Of a DNA stretch of 64,000 bases, positions 61,301 through 64,000 are shown piece by piece. The DNA is from Gnetum montanum. Taxonomy: Eukaryota > Plantae > Gnetophyta. Each line of letters opens with the position of its first letter. Position 1 is the stretch's first letter. A program made the position numbers and the translations under genes. Under the pieces are notes generated by a model. It searched no databases. It was not told the origin of the DNA and saw only the letters and a list, made by a program, of their open reading frames with translations. The stretch is taken from assembly GCA_015680685.1 (NCBI GenBank), contig MNCI01001601.1, positions 393,049-457,048 on the forward strand. Direction: 5' to 3'.

Positions 61301-64000
61301 TACAAGAGATTCTCCACTCATTACAGGCCACAGGGTTTGCTAGCCTATGTTTCAAGCTTGACATTACAAAAGCCTACGATACTGTTAGTTGGGATGCGTT
61401 GCAGGATATCATGGTGGGGAAAGGCTTCAACCGCAAATTTGTTGACTTATGCCTCCACATACAATCTTTGGCAACGTACTCAATTGATCTTGAGAGGGCA
61501 CTTTGGGGGCTCTATTCACTTGGACAGGGACTTCGGCAAGGAGATCCATTATCACCATATCTATTCATTATTGTGATGGACACAATGCAGGACTATTGTG
61601 GAGCCAAAGGGGTGCGGGGCTTGCACATTAATGGGGTTGACTGCATGATGGAACGCTATGCAAATGACACCATTCTTTTTACCTGTGCATCAGCGCCTCA
61701 AGCAAGAGCCATGGATAGGGCTTTATTGCGAATGGCAAGGGTAGTTGGTTTGGAGGTGAATCATGCCAAATCTGCACTTTACATAACCCACACCGATGTC
61801 TAGGTAAAAGCTAGTATTATGCAATTTTGGGAGTTCTACCCAAAACTGACAGTGATCGATGCTTGGGCTTTTCCATGTTTGATTGGAATTGTAGGAGAGC
61901 CTAGGTCCAACTCCTAAAATGGATATAGCAGTAGATTGGACATTGGACTACCCAGTTCTTGACAAGGTAGGATCCTGTTGGCCACTTCGGTTCTTTTGCC
62001 TATTGCCCAATTTACAACTTCCATTGCTTCCCCACCCTTGGACGTTGGAGACAAGGTGGACCAATTGATTCTAAACTTCATTTAGTCAGGGGGAAAAGGG
62101 GGGAAGCATCTTTATCTGGTGGGATGGAACATGATCACACAGCCTCAAGATGCGGGTGGGTTAGGGATTTTGAAATTTTGTGAACTAGTGATGATGGGAC
62201 AACAACAACTAGTTCATCGAATGTCCAAGTCTGACATTGATGATGTGCTGTGGACTTGGATCATGCACCATAAATATCAACAATGAACTGCAACACCTCG
62301 TGATTCTCTTCTTTGGCATTCAATCTACCACCATGTGCAGCGCATGACTCACTTTGGTTGGCTTATAGTGCAGCCTAGGCTCATCATTAAAAAGCAATTC
62401 TCAGTGGTTCCTGGATAGCAACAAGTCTAGCAAGGGCGACTACCCAAAAAAATCAAAGCATTCCTATGGTTAATTAATCATGCGACTCCACCCATACAAC
62501 TTGAGTTACGCTGGTGTAGGTTACGAATAGAAGATGCGTGTCCGGCATGTAGACAAGAGGTGGAAACATGGCAACACTTTGCTTGTGAATGCCCGTTTAG
62601 CAAAGCTACATGATGTGTTGCCAGAATCCGACTCCCGATTATTTTAAAGGGTGATTCAAAGGCCACTGCCATTCTTTGGTGTTTGTGGTGGGCACACAAC
62701 CGGTTGGTTTTCTGACAAGTGTAGCTTCCACCGCTGGCACAAGTTGTAGCGAAAGGAGTCAGATTGTGGCAAGAGGCACTTGTCACCATGGGACTACTGC
62801 CTACTTTCGAACCTTCTTGCAAGCGTTTCCAAGGTAATGTGGATTTGTGGGACCTGGTAAGGCGGGTGGGATGGGCAGACTTTCTACTGCGAATGATGGG
62901 GGATCCGGCCCTGCCAGATGACGAGTTTTTCACCAACTGGTAGGGTAACTATACTACCTTCCGCGAGCTCGCAAATGACCTCACAGAAGAGGTGTTGGTG
63001 AGGGTGTTGGATGTTCCAATATCTGGCTAGGTTGCAATCCCAACACTGCGCGGCCTCCAAACACTCTCACTTTTTTTGATGGGCCATTTCCGCAGGCTGT
63101 CAATGGCCAAATTCCCAAGTCCGCATTGCCCGCTCTATGGCAACTAGCCACAGAGCTTGTTGAATGTTTTTTCGCTCAAATGGGTAATGTTTGGAAACTG
63201 CAAGGCATCCACTTTGCCCTACTGAAGTGCCTTAAAATGGGAAGGTAGGTTAATATTCCAGGGTTTTTCTTGGCCTCACTAAGGTAGAAACAACCAGGGA
63301 GACACTTAGGTCTCATTCTGGCTTTATGAAGGGCAACGAGGCCGACCCCCATGACAAGGGTTTTGGGGAGTACATGTCAACTTATTTGCCACTCTATTTA
63401 CCATTGCTAGAGACAATCAGTGACTGTTGTGGTGATGGACCTTCTGCCTAGGTGCGTTGTTTTGGTGCTCATGGCCTCAAAAGTGCCGAAGCTTGTCGAG
63501 GATGCAGCTGAGCCAAAGGAGTTTTTGGTGACCACGTAGGAGCAGGTGGAACTAGAGAGAGGCAATTGCTTATGTGGCATGGGCAGATGAACATAAGATG
63601 TGGGAAGCAAAGTGGGAGGCCAGGGAGGAGGCCTTTAGTAGGGAGTTGGAGGAGTTGCGGACCCATCACCAAAAAATGCTTAAGGAAGTGCACTGGCAAT
63701 GGGAGGCGGCAAACATGGCAGCAAAGGCTACTATGGAAAACTAGCTTTGGTGGGAGTTAAAGGAGGAAATGCAACAAGAAGAGCTGCAATGATAGACGTT
63801 GGAACGCAAAGTTGCGAAACAACAGGATAATGAGTGCCGAGAGGAGGAAGAGTGCCAAGTGCAATTGAGGCAAGCACATGAGTAGAATGTCATTGCCTAG
63901 CTAAGGGAGGGGAAATGCCCCTATGTGCAGATGCAAATCAAAAAAGAGGTGACATGGTCGGAGCTGGGCCGACACATCTGACTTGCGTCCACCAAACTGC
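58367..64000 (+). mobile_element. L1-clade LINE copy E (best preserved; 3' UTR runs off the window)
   Basis: ORF1 (ERSLIGCFV, VEYENL, zinc-knuckle remnant HFCGKPGHTTKVC); ORF2 MKIITWNC at 59686 with EN CLQETKL and VVGDFN; RT ORF 60913-61803; zf-RVT at ~62440-62700; extra domain and coiled coil at ~62790-63960. Confidence 0.95.
60913..61803 (+). pseudogene. L1-E reverse transcriptase segment (open 296 aa, YADD mutated to YAND)
   Basis: YRPIGVCNTLLK, NQVGFV, KLDITKAYDTVSW, GLRQGDPLSPYLF, RYANDTILF; flanked by stops. Confidence 0.9.

Overview
Land-plant nuclear DNA from a draft assembly with N gaps; the species cannot be determined from the sequence. The window holds the last 12 coding exons of an intact phospholipid:sterol acyltransferase gene (PSAT1, LCAT family) on the minus strand, 4678-56981, with 1402 coding nt spread over 52 kb; its 5' exons lie beyond 64000. 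The large introns are filled with retroelements: five near-full-length decayed L1-clade LINEs (A 5085-10394 +, B ~11346-17212 -, C 21287-26730 +, D 46735-52478 -, E ~58367->64000 +), several L1 fragments, an RTE LINE, a 3.4-kb Ty3/gypsy solo LTR, two copies of a tRNA-derived SINE, and decayed unassigned coding relics. A Ty3/gypsy LTR, PBS and gag lie at the left edge. The main candidate novelty is in the L1 family. After the zf-RVT zinc finger, where many plant L1s end or carry RNase H, ORF2 continues in frame into a conserved ~190-aa domain. That domain resembles LTR-retrotransposon accessory ORFs (Transposase_32/ATHILA-like, judged by pattern only) and is followed by a coiled coil and, in one subfamily, a terminal HE-x5-W(L/F)-x2-G-x-CP(Y/C)(V/I) motif.
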